Positions 39,160-52,409 of a stretch of DNA of 64,000 bases are shown here, piece after piece. The position numbers and the translations under genes were made by a program. How positions within the stretch are numbered: position 1 is the stretch's first letter; the number at the start of each line of letters is the position of its first letter. The notes beneath the pieces are model-generated. The model did no database searches. It saw only the letters and a list, made by a program, of their open reading frames with translations, and was not told the origin of the DNA. Source of the stretch: Xylographa opegraphella (lineage: Eukaryota); the NCBI GenBank assembly GCA_022813865.1, contig JALDZX010000003.1, forward strand, positions 124,001-188,000, given 5' to 3'.

Positions 39160-39960
39160 CTTTTTCGGCCCATTATCTCTGCCATTGGACTCCAGGCTTT
39201 TGGCGTAGAACTCATCTATTGGGGTTTGGTCTGACGTACACACGGCATTCCAGTCGGTTGCGGATTCCCAGGTGATTATTGGTCGAACGCGTTCACGTCG
39301 ACGAAAGAGACATCCACATTCGACTGCGTCTACAAGCGCCCGATAGTTCAACCGACTCATGCCTTCATGGTACAGAGGCATACTTGGGCTAGAAGCAGCC
39401 GTGGACTGCTTCCACGTGAGGTCCAGCTGTCAATCAACCATTGCAGAACTGGTCGTTGTGATAAGCAATGCGGGGATGAGATGTCATTTTAGGATAGCTC
39501 CACCAATCACACACTCCAGAGATAGGATCGGTTTTCTCACAGCTTTGCCCAATCGCGGAGTTCTTCACACAGGTTCCGCCGCAAACGCTGAGCACGGGGT
39601 TTGACTTCCCCGCTTCGTGGATTGGAGACCACGTTTACGCTTGGGTTGGCCACGCGAGCCTCGACTGCTGGGCTGTGGGTTGATACTCTTATCCTCATGC
39701 ACGCCTGCTGCATGGTGAAGTGGCCTGCAGGGCCTGGGAGGATGCTCCTGTCTGATACAAAGTCGGGGGTTTTCCAGTGGTGAGTTGGAGGGCTCATCTA
39801 TTTGCTTGCTGCACGGAGGACCTGCGTTGTGCTGCAGGTTGACAGCTGCACGGTCAAAGGAATACAGTGTCAAGGGAGAGCAAGTGGAGCCTAAAGTCTC
39901 CGTCACCAGGAAACCTCTTGGTCCCGATCGAACCTGTGCAGTTGAAACCTACAATCCAAG

Positions 39961-41625
39961 ATGCTGGAGCGAGTTCAGGATGTCAGCTATCTGCAAATGC
40001 TTTCCGTTGTCCTTCTTTTCTTTTCCCTGTTTATTGTTGTGACGATAATCCGGCGCATCTACTTCTCTTCAATCAGTGATATTCCAGGCCCCTTTGTTGC
40101 CAGATTCTCTATACTTTGGCAGCTATGGGTCACGGCTACTGGTCAGCTTGGACCCGCTATCGTTGCGTTACACAAGAAACACGGTAATTGAATTATCAAA
40201 GCCTGTGCGGGAGATGGCAATACCGACTGGCCCTACAGGCAAGTTCGTCCGCATCGCATACAACGAAGTCAGCGTCTGCGATCCAGAGGGTAGCCCAACG
40301 CTCTTGAAACGGAACATTGACAAGGTATCCTCCCATTTTTCTCTCGCCAACCCAGCTTACCCCTTTCTCAGGGCTCCTGGTACGAAATTACTGCTCTCCC
40401 CGACTCGCGCCTCCAGAACCAGATGAGCATCACCAGCGCCAGCGACACCGCCCGCCTCTTCAAAGGCCTCGCCGGGGGTTACAAGCTCTCCAACATCTTG
40501 CAAGCCGAACCCTTCATTGACGACTGCATCTCGCTCTTCCGCCGGCGTATCGACGACCTCAGCGCCACTTCCCGACCCGTCGACTTCTCCATGTGGTTCA
40601 CCTTCCTCTTCTTCGACATTGTCGGCGAAACCACCTTCAGCAAGCGTTTCGGCTTCCTCGACGAGGGGCGCGACGTCGGCGACGCCATCAAGAACCAGTG
40701 GTTCCTGACTTCCTACCTCGCCCTCATGGGCTACTTCCCCTGGGCCCATAACTGGCTACTCGCCAACCCGCTCATCGAGTACTTCCACCTCCAGCCGGCC
40801 ATGCACGTCTTCGACACCACAAAAGCCGCCATCGACGCTCGCGCCACGAACTTCAAGGCCCACCCGGACATGGTCGAGCAGTGGATGCGCGCCCACAAGG
40901 AGCACCCGGAGCGCTTCTCCCAAGACGACATCCTCGCCGCGGGCGTCGTCACCGTCGGCGCGGCTGCCGACACCTCCGGCGCCGCCCTGCAAGCCTTCGT
41001 CTACTTCTTGATGCGCGACCCGGCCATGCTCGCGCTGCTGCGCGACGAGATCGACACCGCGGAGCTGGGCCCGATCCCGAGCTACGAGTCCGTGCGCAAC
41101 CTCCCCCTCCTGCAGGCCTGCATCAAAGAAGCCCTCCGCATCCACTGCCCCGTCTCCACCGGCCTGCCGCGCGTCGCGCCCCCCAGCGGCATCACCATCT
41201 GCTCGCGCCCCTTCGCCGCCGGCACCATCCTCAGCGTCAACCAGTGGGCCGTGCACAGCCTGCCCGTCTTCGGGCCCGACGCCGCGCGCTTCAACCCGCG
41301 GCGCTGGCTCGCGCCCGCCCCGCCCGGCACCTCGTTTCTGCCTGCTGCGCGAGAGGCGCTCACCACGCCGACGTACCCGCCCGGCCCGCACGACGGCGCC
41401 CATCTCCGGCTGATGCACGAGTGCTTGATCCCCTTCAGCGCGGGCTACAACGCCTGCCCCGGGCAGCACCTGGCGCGCGTCGAGATCAGCAAGGTCGCTG
41501 CGGTCATGGTGCGCGATTATGAGATCCGCCAGGTGGAGTCGGGCGCGGAGTGGAGGTGGCGGAGCCATTTCTCGGCGGTGCCGTGGGGGTGGGATTGTTG
41601 GGTCAAGACGAGGAGGAGGGGGTGA
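39961..41625 (+). CDS. Cytochrome P450 (pisatin demethylase/benzoate hydroxylase-like group); introns 40184-40238, 40325-40371
   Basis: N-terminal TM anchor plus IPGP, HKKHG-KFVRIAYNEVS, I-helix AAADTS, EALR, FNPRRW and heme motif FSAGYNACPG. Confidence 0.93.
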
Positions 41626-42805
41626 GTGGGCGAATGGGAGGGAGGGGGTGGAGATGGTAGGAGCGGCGCGGCTGAGTGTGGCATGGGCTATTGGTCTTTA
41701 GGGGTAATGATGGGTGGATGGGGTGGTATGCGCGCTGCTGTGATGTGACTGACGGCCTGGGGGAATCCGATAAGTGGGAATGTGACTGTCAATGCGCACA
41801 GATACAAGCGGCTCGAGGGGTGTGCTCAAAGACGCAATAATATCTTTCATAGCAATCATTGAAATCCTTCTCGTTCATTTATTCATCCATTCCCTGGGTT
41901 ACCCAGTTGAGTGCAAATGTTGCCTCCTACAGCTTCGGTTTAGAATTCCGGGATTGGTGTTCGATAAATTTGCTTTGGGTTGGTTTTAGTTTTCTGTTGA
42001 ATGAGCTCGATAATAATACCATGGATAGAGGCTTCTGCTCAGTGAGCTGCGGCACAGATGGAGCACCAGGATGGTCTGGCAGTAGTGTATCGAAGCCTGC
42101 GTCAGATACAGGGAAGGCCAAAATGGAGTCTCTACCAATTGTGTGAATCGGTACCCACCGTTTTGAAGAGCTGAGGTGGATTCTGTACTTGAATTAATAT
42201 TGCCTGTTTCTGTTTGCGTCATAGACACGACTCCGCGTTCGTTGTCGGTCTGTGCCGCGATAGACCCCTGACACGCGCATGGGGATTAACAGCCGCAGGG
42301 CCGAAGGCTTAGTCCTACGTCAGCGCTGAAGGGATACGTCTGACCCCGACAACTTCATTTGCATTACGCTCGAATCACTAAGCAGACACGAAATAGTAAC
42401 GTCGCTGATCAGGCAATAATGCAAGGCACTGGCACATCTTTAATCAGGAAAATCGAACGCCGGGCGCGTCTGTAATGATGTTAAGCAGTACAAAGTTCTC
42501 ATAGGGACCGTGTAAAACAACTGCCTGATGGGGGTGTTTTCATTTACGCCTGATAGGCGTCAGCAATCCTGCGCGGCTGAGCACAATCATGGCATTGTAG
42601 TCGTGGGAAAGCCGACAGCCGCAAGGTATTGTACTCGTCAATCGCCCACACACCACTTAAAGCTCCTTGAGGGCTGTTCTCTTGCCTCACATGTCAAGAA
42701 TACACACCAGACAGGTAATTTCATTATAGTAGTCCGCTCTCCTATCGGATCCGAGGGATATTTTGATTCTTCAAACAAGTTATTTTCTGATCTCTCTAAA
42801 TCATA

Positions 42806-44567
42806 ATGACTACTACTTTTGCGATGCTGGGGAAAGTCAATCCCGTGTATCAAACTTTGGTCGCTCTGCTTCTTACTTTTCTCTGGTTCTTTCTTGCCAA
42901 GATGTACAGGATACGCCGTAAGATGATTGTACTGAGAAACCAGGGACTTGTGAGTTCTTGATCATTCTCTACCGCCGCTCTGGGAGCTCGGCACTGATTC
43001 CGGTCCACGCCACAGCCTATGCCTGCGTACAATCCTATCTTCGGCCACCTACTGATCTGCGGAAAAATACTTGCCAATCTTCCTACTGACGCAAATCCGC
43101 ATTACTTGCCAGACCAGACGAGGCTGGCAGTACCGGGTCTAGGGCCCATTTATTACCTCGATAACTGGCCGTTCAGCGCCCCGATTCTAGTGACAGCCTC
43201 ACCGTCCACCGCATATCAAATCGCCCAGGAGCATTCGCTTCCCAAATTCCATGCAATGCGCAAGTTCCTTCGCCCACTGACTGGCGAATACGATTTGGTG
43301 ACCATGGAAGGCCAGTTATGGAAAACGTGGAGGGCCATTTACAATCCTGGCTTCAGTTTGACTCATTTGATGACCCTGGTCCCTCAAATAGTTAAAGAAA
43401 CCGCAGTCTTTTGTGAGATTCTGCAACAACACGCCGAGGCAAAAGATCTTTTTGAGATGAAAACTCTCACGGATAATCTGACCATGGATATCATTGGCAA
43501 GGTAGTGCTGTAAGTGCTTGATATCGAATCCAATGTAGCATGCTTACGTTCATAGGGACTCGAACATCAATTCACAGCAGTCAGAGAATGTAATGGTAAC
43601 CGCCCTACGAAGACAGATACCCTGGCTGAGCTTTGGAGCGGAGATCAATCCCATCAAACGGTTCAACCCTCTTCGGCCCTTGGTTCACTGGTATAATGCT
43701 AGCCAAATGGATCGATACATTTCTCTAGAGCTCGAAGACCGATTCAGTCACTTACAAACTTCGGGGAAGTCCTACCTGTTTAAAGAAAGCAAATCAATAG
43801 CGGACCTTACTCTGAACACTTATCTGGCAGATAAAACCCCGGAGGCGATCGCAGCAGGCATGGATGCGAACTTCAAGTCTTTCGCTATTAGTCAAATCAA
43901 GCTATTCATCTTTTCAGGCCACGATACGACTTCGAGCACCATGAGTTATGTATTTTATTTATTGGGCAAGCACCCCACAGCGCTTCAACGGCTTCGGAAC
44001 GAGCACGACAATGTTTTCGGTGTTGGCACTCCGTTGGGTTCCGTCATATGTGATAAGCCGCATCTGTTGAACCAACTGCCCTTTACCACGGCCGTGATCA
44101 AAGAAACCCTTCGTCTTTTCCCTGTCGTCTCCAGCACACGCGCCGGCGAGCCGGGGTACTCCGTCGTCGACGAGCAAGGTCGTTTCTTCCCCACGGATGG
44201 ATGTCTAGTCTGGTCCATCCACCACGCTTTACACCGCGACCCTGCCTTTTGGCCACAGCCCGACGCTTTCGTGCCCGAACGATGGCTCGCCGAGCCCACT
44301 GATCCTCTGTACCCGATCAAGGGCGCGTGGAGACCCTTTAAGTTTGGACCTCGGAACTGTATCGGTCAGGAATTGGCCGTGCTGGAGATCAAGATCGTGG
44401 TGTTAATGGCTCTGCGACGGTTCGACGTCGAAGCTGCGTATGAGGAGTGGGACTTGTTAGCGGGACGGAAGGGTCGGCGAACGGTGAACGGTGAGCGCGC
44501 GTATCAGGTTCTTTTGGCACAACCGAGCGATGGGCTTCCGTGCCGGGTGAAGGCGGTGCAGCGGTAG
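42806..44567 (+). CDS. Cytochrome P450 (AflN/VerA/StcS-like group); introns 42950-43015, 43510-43555
   Basis: TM anchor, PMPAYNPIFGHL, YYLDNWPF, QIKLFIFSGHDTT, ETLR, FVPERW and GAWRPFKFGPRNCIG. The subfamily call is from recalled motif similarity. Confidence 0.93.
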
Positions 44568-44876
44568 GGCTTCTTCACTGCTGAAAACCGTTATGTTGCT
44601 ACGATCATCTCTACAAGTGCATCGCATTGAGGAGCCTTTGGGTCAAGAACTCGGGTACATAAGCAGATAAATCGTCGAGTATATAGGACTGGATGGACAA
44701 GCCATACCGTACAGGTCGGGCATCAGTTTTTACGATATCAGTTGCTTGTTGTACCTTCTAGACCTTCTTAGAATTGGTCCAGAGAGAAGAGGGCGCTGTT
44801 GAAAGCGATCCCCACGTGTGTGGCTGAGCCACTCGTCTCTCTTTAGGGGGGGCACTCACTTATCTTACCTATATTG

Positions 44877-45058
44877 TTGCAGTGTAGCAGCTATTAGGAT
44901 GAGGGGGTCCAAATCGAACTTCGGGCGCTAGTGGTGCAGATTGTTCCGCTCCGGCCAGTACAATATTCCCTCTTTAGGTTTAGCTTCCACGAGGCCTTTG
45001 GTTTTCCACAAACGCTGCATATTGAGTGAGAGGTCCCCTCACGCTGGATCACCTGGTA
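44877..45058 (+). repeat. Dispersed direct repeat, copy 2 (~180 bp)
   Basis: Same orientation as 38981-39159, ~85% identity by hand alignment. Confidence 0.92.
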
Positions 45059-46690
45059 GTGGCCCGACCACACCAATCCTTCTCCTCGGATGAACATGTA
45101 GACAACTTGAGAATTGCGGCTTCGTGGGTTGAGGTGCTCATTTTCTGCAAAATGAAGCTTTGAGGCCGCTAACCGCGCCAGCGCAGCGGTCGGGCACTCT
45201 CGACTTCAGCAACCAAACAGTACATTATTTACTACGACCATCCGGTCACGACAATCTATTGAACGTGGAATGCCCTAACGGAGGTACAATATTCTTACTG
45301 ACTAGCCCAGAACAGATCCCCCCCCGGACGAGTTTCGCGTAGGCTCGAGATCCTCAACCGCCGCAGCAGCGAAAGAAGTCCCTTCGAGTTAGTGAGAGGC
45401 CCCATGTGGTGGGCCCCGCGAAAAGATCTTGAGTTTGGGGCACCGGTAATCAGCTGGTATATGGGCGGTGTGTGCATCAGCGAAGACCATGGCGGGCGCC
45501 AGCTAACGAACCGACCTCGTGGAGGCCGAGGAGCCAGAGACTAGCACTGTAGCCGCGGCAGTATCATCACGTGAGCATGCTTTGCGGTCTCGGAGCACAA
45601 GTATCCGTTGCGGCCAGTGCTTTGCCATACACCGAGATGCCTTGCTCTGTTCTCGTTGTCCACGGTCTGTTACTAGCGTAAATCCGTGCGACGGCCCCGC
45701 ACGAGCAGATCATTGCTGAATCCTCGCTCCACCATATTCGGGTCAAGAAGCTCATGCCGCTATCATGTCTTTGCCGTCCGGGCGAGAACGAGAGATGGTC
45801 AAGTACGAGGGGCAACTTTTCTACTTCGGCAGTGGAGCTGTACGTGAGTGGTCGTGGTATCGCCATATCGGAATGGGCAGCTAAACGGAACTTCAATGTG
45901 AGAGTTCGATATGAGGTTCACGACTGGCAGAAGATACATTCGACACACTGGTAGTCTACTCGAACGCGACTTGGTGCGTCGATCTCGACTTCGCCTTACG
46001 CTCATTATTTCCATTTCGAAAGATCATACCAACTTCATCGCGATAGCCTGAACAGGGAACGCGCCGGCGAGCAGCAGCGCATACATCCTGGCCGTGTGGA
46101 ATCGCCCTCTCTGTTCACATTAGGCTCGCAATTTCTTTTGGATCGGCCAAAGACATGAGCGGAACGAGGAGCCGTAGTCGGACCCGACCCCGGCAATACT
46201 TACTGCATCCGGCAACGGATCGAGCTGTGGCGCTGACATTATTGTTCAGCCCCTGAGTCCACACGAGGCTACACACAAGCTTTTTAAGGTGAGCCCCTAC
46301 TCCTAGTCCGGCAAGGTAGCCACAGCTGGCATAGCGCCACTGCCCTTCCCACATGCAGCCTAGACACTATCCGCCAACTTCATTCCAGACCGTCTGGGAC
46401 TCACGCTTTCAATAGTTTCCATTTCCACTAACGCCGCCGTTCAGCTTCCTACGGGACCGCCTCAATCACAATGGCCTCTTCGGCTTCCAGCTCAGCCATT
46501 ATTGGCCTGCTGCCTTACCGACACGACTCGATCCAGTTCCCAGCAAACAGGTTCGAGATGCGCCTAGCTTTGCTGGTGCCACTGAACGCGAGACTATCGT
46601 ATTCAAGCATGGCCTATAAAATGCTGCTGCTCCCTTGCCAGATTCCAGGCTTCGATCTCTCATTGCTGTCTGATTCATTCTTGTTGGAAA

Positions 46691-48433
46691 ATGTACCGCT
46701 CAATATTCCTCGGCCTCGCGGGCATCCTCTCGATTCCGGCCTTGGTTGCAGCAAGTACAACATTGTCTGCCTGCAATGCCGATAATTGTCTGCGAGGTGA
46801 GCAGGACATCTTCCGTTCACGCTGTTACGCGGAAAATGACGTGAACCAGCTATTCGAGCTTCACAATCCCCATCCCACTCGGGCACTTCTGCCTGTTCGT
46901 CCTACTTCCTAACAACCGTGATCCCGCCGACAACGTGAGCCTTTTCCACAGAAAGTAACGGTTTTCAACTCAACGTTGACCTGCTCTAGCACGATAACAG
47001 CCACTTCCACAATACCAGCAACGGCTTCGGCCACCGCAGATGTCACTGTCACGACAACCGTCTATACAACGGCGACCACGGAAATTGATATTACTGCCAC
47101 AACGACTATTGACGTGACGGCCACGACCACCATCGAAGAAACAGCGACGGACATCATCGATGCAACCACCACTGACGTTATCGACGTCGATGCTACAACT
47201 ACGGTGGATGTTACAGCAACTACAGTCGAGGATGTGACAGCCACCACCGATATCGATGTAACTGCAACTACAACAGAATATACTACGATCATAGATACTG
47301 TTGGGGTACCAGTGACAAGCTTTATCGACATCACCGTAGTACATACCGACACGCTCGCAGCCACGATTACAGTCACTCGATCTGTTACTCTCATCGACCG
47401 TGCAGTCGCACCATCAACCACGACGATAGCCCCCTCCTCAATTCCTACATTTGCGACCGCGTGTTCCGGCTCTGTGCGATTTTCAAGCGCTTGCTCGTGC
47501 ATCGGAGTCACTGCGAGCACAACGACCCTGCCATCCCCCTCCACCACAGTTACCGTTCCTTACACTTTCACTTTATCTACCGTCACCCAAACCGTCACTC
47601 TTTCAACAGCGGTTGCAGTTGTTACTCAAAGTACCGGGACATTTGTTACGACCGTCAGCACTGAGACAGACTACGTAACTGATAGTACCGCTACAGCATT
47701 ACTGACCGATGCTACGGTCACGGTAACTACCGTTGCCAGCACCGAGACTGATTTCTCAACGACTACTACCGACGTAGAAACTATCACCGATAGCACTGTT
47801 ACCGTCCTTAGCACCGCTAGCACAGAAACAGACATTTTGACAGTAAGCACGGCAACGGCCATTGTCCCGGATATGACCTTGACCGACATTGTTACAACTG
47901 CGACTGTTACCGCCTTGACCACTGATGCTACTATTGAATCAACTGTCATCAACACAGTCACCCAGGTTGCAACGGCAACCGTTACACAAACTTGTGCCGG
48001 CCCAGCACCGACCTTTGCCCTCAAAGTCGTCGGCGGTTCTTATAATGGCCAATACCTACAGAGCGTCGCTTTCTACAATCAGAATGCCGATCTCGCCACA
48101 ACCAGTCCGACCATCACCTCCTTGTCCGCCTACACCCTGACCGGCACCGTCCTGAGCGAGTACAACGGCAACACCCTCGGCGCGCCTGCCAATGTGGCTT
48201 TCACCTACGCCGAGTTCAGAACGGCGGCATACGCCGCCAGTGGCGGAGATGTTCCTTTTGTGTGCACCATTACCAATGGCCAACTCACCTGTCGCCTAGG
48301 GGCTGCAACGCAAGTCGGCATCTGCAATATTTCGGGCCCGGTGACGGTCTTCACGGAGCCGGGTTACTATCCGTCCGGCTTTGGCTGCACTAATGTCGTT
48401 CTTGACGTGGTACCGCTTTGTATTAATCCTTGA
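46691..48433 (+). CDS. Secreted Thr-rich tandem-repeat protein with Cys-containing domains (introns 46797-46849, 46935-46989)
   Basis: Signal peptide MYRSIFLGLAGILSIPALVAA; CNADNCLRAIRA..CSSY and ACSGSVRFSSACSCIG motifs; 8-aa and 9-aa Thr repeats; Cys-containing C-terminal domain; no obvious GPI signal. Confidence 0.88.
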
Positions 48434-49060
48434 ATGGGGGCGCCGGGGTCAGGAGGCGACGACGACGCAGGTTGAAGGTCTTGTTTTGCAACGTATAATA
48501 TACAACATGTTGAAGCGAAGCGATGCCAGGTGGCTGGGTCCCAGCTGCCCGGGGAGAGGGCCAACTTATATTATAATCGCCCACCCCCGTAACCTTTTAT
48601 TTTAGAGCACAATGAACTCATTTTCACTCTTCAACATTAATTAACCTGCCTCTAAAATTTGAAACTTTCAGTGACGTCTTGGAAATGCCCGGTCCCAGAC
48701 TTGCTTCCCCCGCTCCATATCTCTCAAACGGTAGCCTAAGGCAGCAGCGATCTTCCCCCATCCCTCCCTTGAGATGATTCCCCTCCCTCCTTTATGCTCA
48801 TCGCAGCAACGCAAACCATGATTAGCGTCCGCTCCCACCCCCGCACATACACACACAGGTGGGAAGCCGTCTCTGCACACCTTGCCCCGACTCCCTACAG
48901 CTAGCTAATTGTCCCCTTTCCCAGCCACCGTGAACGACGGCGAGCCCCGCATCCCGAACGCTCGGCCGCACATCGACGCATTGGAACGCGCTGGCGTGCG
49001 AAAGGGGCCTGGTCCACGAGCTTCGGCGCCTCTGCGTTTCCTTCTATTCTTGGCTCGTGA

Positions 49061-49101
49061 CTGGCTGGCTGGCTGGCTGACCGGAGTGAGAGAGAGAGAG
49101 A
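49061..49101. repeat. Compound microsatellite (CTGG)n followed by (GA)n
   Basis: ctggctggctggctggctg then gagagagagagaga. Confidence 0.7.
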
Positions 49102-49890
49102 TAGACAGTTTGTCCGGGTTCCCCTTCCGCCAGGGGAGTACTTCACAGCCAACGCCAAAGCTGGGTGATGACGGGAAGGGCGGAGCAAGCGCTCCGTCTG
49201 TGTCCGGTGTGCGATGGTGCGTTCCTCATCGGCATCCTGGAGGTGTCAATACTCTCCTGAAGCCTGGCAAAGCAGCTCTGTGTAAGCAGAAATGGATGAG
49301 CAATGCTTTCCGTCGTTTCCCGCCTTAGCTAACAGACCGGTTTGAGACACACTTTTTACCATGAATGGAGAATTTATGAGTCCCGCCAAAGTACGCTTGT
49401 TGTGTGAATACATGAAGGCCGAAGAGGTACTCGGGAACGTGATTCAGAACTTGTGGACTTCTGCAAGTCATGGATATGTAGACAACTGAGACCCGAGTAC
49501 ACCGGATTGATGGTACGGGTGTGATATTCTGGCATACAAGACTCGGCTACTAACGATCTTAGCAATGTAACTGAGCCATTGAGAATCTGTATGAGCATTC
49601 TGGCTGATGGGCTCCAAGAGTGCGGCTTCATCTGGAGCAAAAACATCAGTCATGAATACGTGAAGTGCTCATGGAGATAAAGCAAACCGTACGAATGACA
49701 CTGATTTGTCTCAGACAGCTTTCGTCATCTGTGGGCACCGTTATAGTAGCAGTAGCAGTGAACCAGGCATATCCATTCACGTTCCTCTGAGACCGGAGTC
49801 TCGTCCGCCGAGCCTTAGCGCAACACCATGGGTGGCCTGAATATAGCCGTAAGCGGAAACCACACTGGCGTCTTCGTATGAATGTGTTGA

Positions 49891-51104
49891 TCAGCATGAA
49901 ATGCTTGCGCCAGGACTTGCTTCGATTCGGGAGCCATGTAGCGGTAACATCATCTCTATCTCCTCCTCACCAACGACGGGTTTGTGCCTACGAAGATTAT
50001 CGCTCCGCCCAACAGTGGATGGTGGTAGGGCTGGCAAATCCATGTAATCTCCCCTCGGACCGTAATCTCCTGGTGGACGAACTCCCGAGGTTGAACTGTG
50101 CGGAAACCGCTTACGTCCACCTGGTCGCGAATCGATACGTGAAACAAACGGGTGGCGAAACGCATTGATAGAAACCATGATGATCGCGACGGAGGGCTCG
50201 GCGATTTGCCAGAAGATTATCCACGGTTGATCCACGATACCAGTCGTGAGAGCCGTGAGCGCAACACGAATGACAACCATCACGATGACGATTCCACTTA
50301 GTGAGAGCATGGCCATGATGTAAAGCTTCTGTCGAAAATTGATCTTGATTCTCCACAAGAGAAAAACAGGTATAGAGATTACTGGAAACCCTTAGCCGAA
50401 AGCCTCTTTGTATACAAGAGAACAATCACCCATAAGGTCAGTCAGGATATCTAAGGTGGATCCCATCCCCAATTCAATATGTGCATGCTCCAGGAGATCA
50501 GGACAGGATGCTGAAAACAATTAGACGAGTACATCAACTCACTCCGGTCACTCTTAACGAACTTTGCCATGTAGGCGACCATGTTCCACACAGAGATGCG
50601 AAGATAGCCACCAGCACAATTGTACACACTGTGCAGCTGATGACCACAGCCCACCACCATTTCTTCAAGTGTCCGCTTCTGCGAATTAGGCGGCGGAATA
50701 GAAAAAGGAATGAGAACTTGACGGCAAAGACAGAGAAGCCAGATAAGGCAATTATGGGAGCATTCAGCATCTGCACTGTTTTGATAGCTGTAGGCTCGTC
50801 TGGCTCTAGACCTGCCAATGCTTCCTGTTGTTTCCATATAGCCGCTTGACTGTACCAGACCATGGCCCAGCTGGCGGAGAAGGAAGCAACAGCAAGGCCA
50901 AGAAATGCATCATCAGTATAGAACTTGTGTTTCATATGCCAACGTATAGCTGTACGGGCAGTGACCATCAGGAGAGCAACGATGAGGAATGCGAGCAAGC
51001 CTGCCTATACAGAGCATTAGCAGGCATGATGGGAAACAGTATATAGAGTGCATCGGAACTACTTCAAATGCAGAAGGCGAAATTCTTGAAATGGACACAG
51101 ACAT
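49891..51104 (-). CDS. PTH11-like multi-pass membrane protein (fungal rhodopsin-domain GPCR-like, no CFEM domain)
   Basis: ARTAIRW...TDDAFLGLA, FAVKFSFLFLFRRLI, LWRIKINFRQKL..MAMLSLSG..IVMVVIR and WIIFWQIAEPSVAIIMVS; several GT-AG introns. Confidence 0.85.
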
Positions 51105-52409
51105 GTCCCTTCGAATGTTCATTACAGCATATTGAGAAATTTGAGACATTAAAAAAGCCTAGACGTATAAAAATAGCTTCTGCTAGGACTTCGGTGATAG
51201 TAGAATTCCAGCAGCTCGGAATGGATATAAGGGGCCTTTTGATCTTCTATTTCCCCTGGCGGTCCCACATATCAAATACCGACGTTGCAGCATGCATACA
51301 GTAATCATCAAGAGGGTGTGAAAGAATGTTGTCCCCGATAGTCCATGGAGCGGCGTAGTGTTGATTAAGCACACGAATGGACTCGTATCTCTACATCGTT
51401 GTGGCACACTTGTTGCCGGATAAGCATATCATCAACGTGAAGGGGCGGGTATATCCATGATTGACTGATCTGTAATCCATGTAGGGAACTCCAGTGCGTA
51501 TTGGAACCCTGTGTGACCACACACTCTTTTTCACCACTGCAGTAATAGCACCCCGCTACAATGGGAGACGTGAAGAAAGTGCCTGACGTTTTGATTGCAG
51601 GTCGGCGCTATGTGGCAACCGACACTTCCATTCGCTGCCCACGGCTATGAGAGGGATTCCATGAATTGGAAAAAAAAGAACCTTGCATACACAACAGATG
51701 AGACGGGCCGGAGCCAGGCAATCGACCTATGACAATTAATGCGACCCACCCTAACATTCTGCTGTGAGCCTGTAAGAGATATTCCTCCAACACGGCCTCA
51801 GCTTACTTCACATTTTTCCAAGCGGTGTGTTCTAGCATGTGCATACCCAGACAAAGCTGCGCGTACCTTCGGCCAGCTCAACAGGCGAATGAGCTCTTTT
51901 GTGGCTGGCTGGCATGCTTGCATTAAGGGAGAACGAAATCACCTGTTGGATGCATCCCTGGTCGGCCAATCGTTGGACGATTGGCCTATATGTAACGCTA
52001 TACAAGTATGATAACCTGCCAGCGCTGGTAGGAGATTACTTATCAGAGATAGTATTGGTGGCCTTCATCGTCCTTCGCGAATGTTGTCTCGGTAAGATTC
52101 TGTGCCAAGACGACTATCGGATAAACCACCAGCCTTAATACAGGTTAGCGTGAAGGTCCCCCTGGATGTCGCACACCCAGTTGTCTCGGCTACGCACGGG
52201 ACTACTACCTACCTCCTGTAACTTACTACCACTACCAAAAATGGGTTGCATACGGTAGACAGTGATATGTACGTACATACGCTGACATTAGTCATGAGAA
52301 TGGAGATAATCCTGACTCCAAAATGTGTAAAAGATGATCATTGTTACATGATTTCGCAGAGCAATGCTTCCACACTCCAGAACTTCTTCTACCAGAGTTT
52401 CAAGACTAC

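Noticed and set aside
40756..41568. 270-aa minus-strand and 213-aa alternative-frame ORFs
   Set aside because: Shadow ORFs caused by the very high GC3 of the P450 coding sequence.
45060..46650. Possible degraded HET-domain or transposon sequence
   Set aside because: Only vague resemblance (e.g. LLSLLRRLR); no diagnostic motif, terminal repeat or sustained frame.
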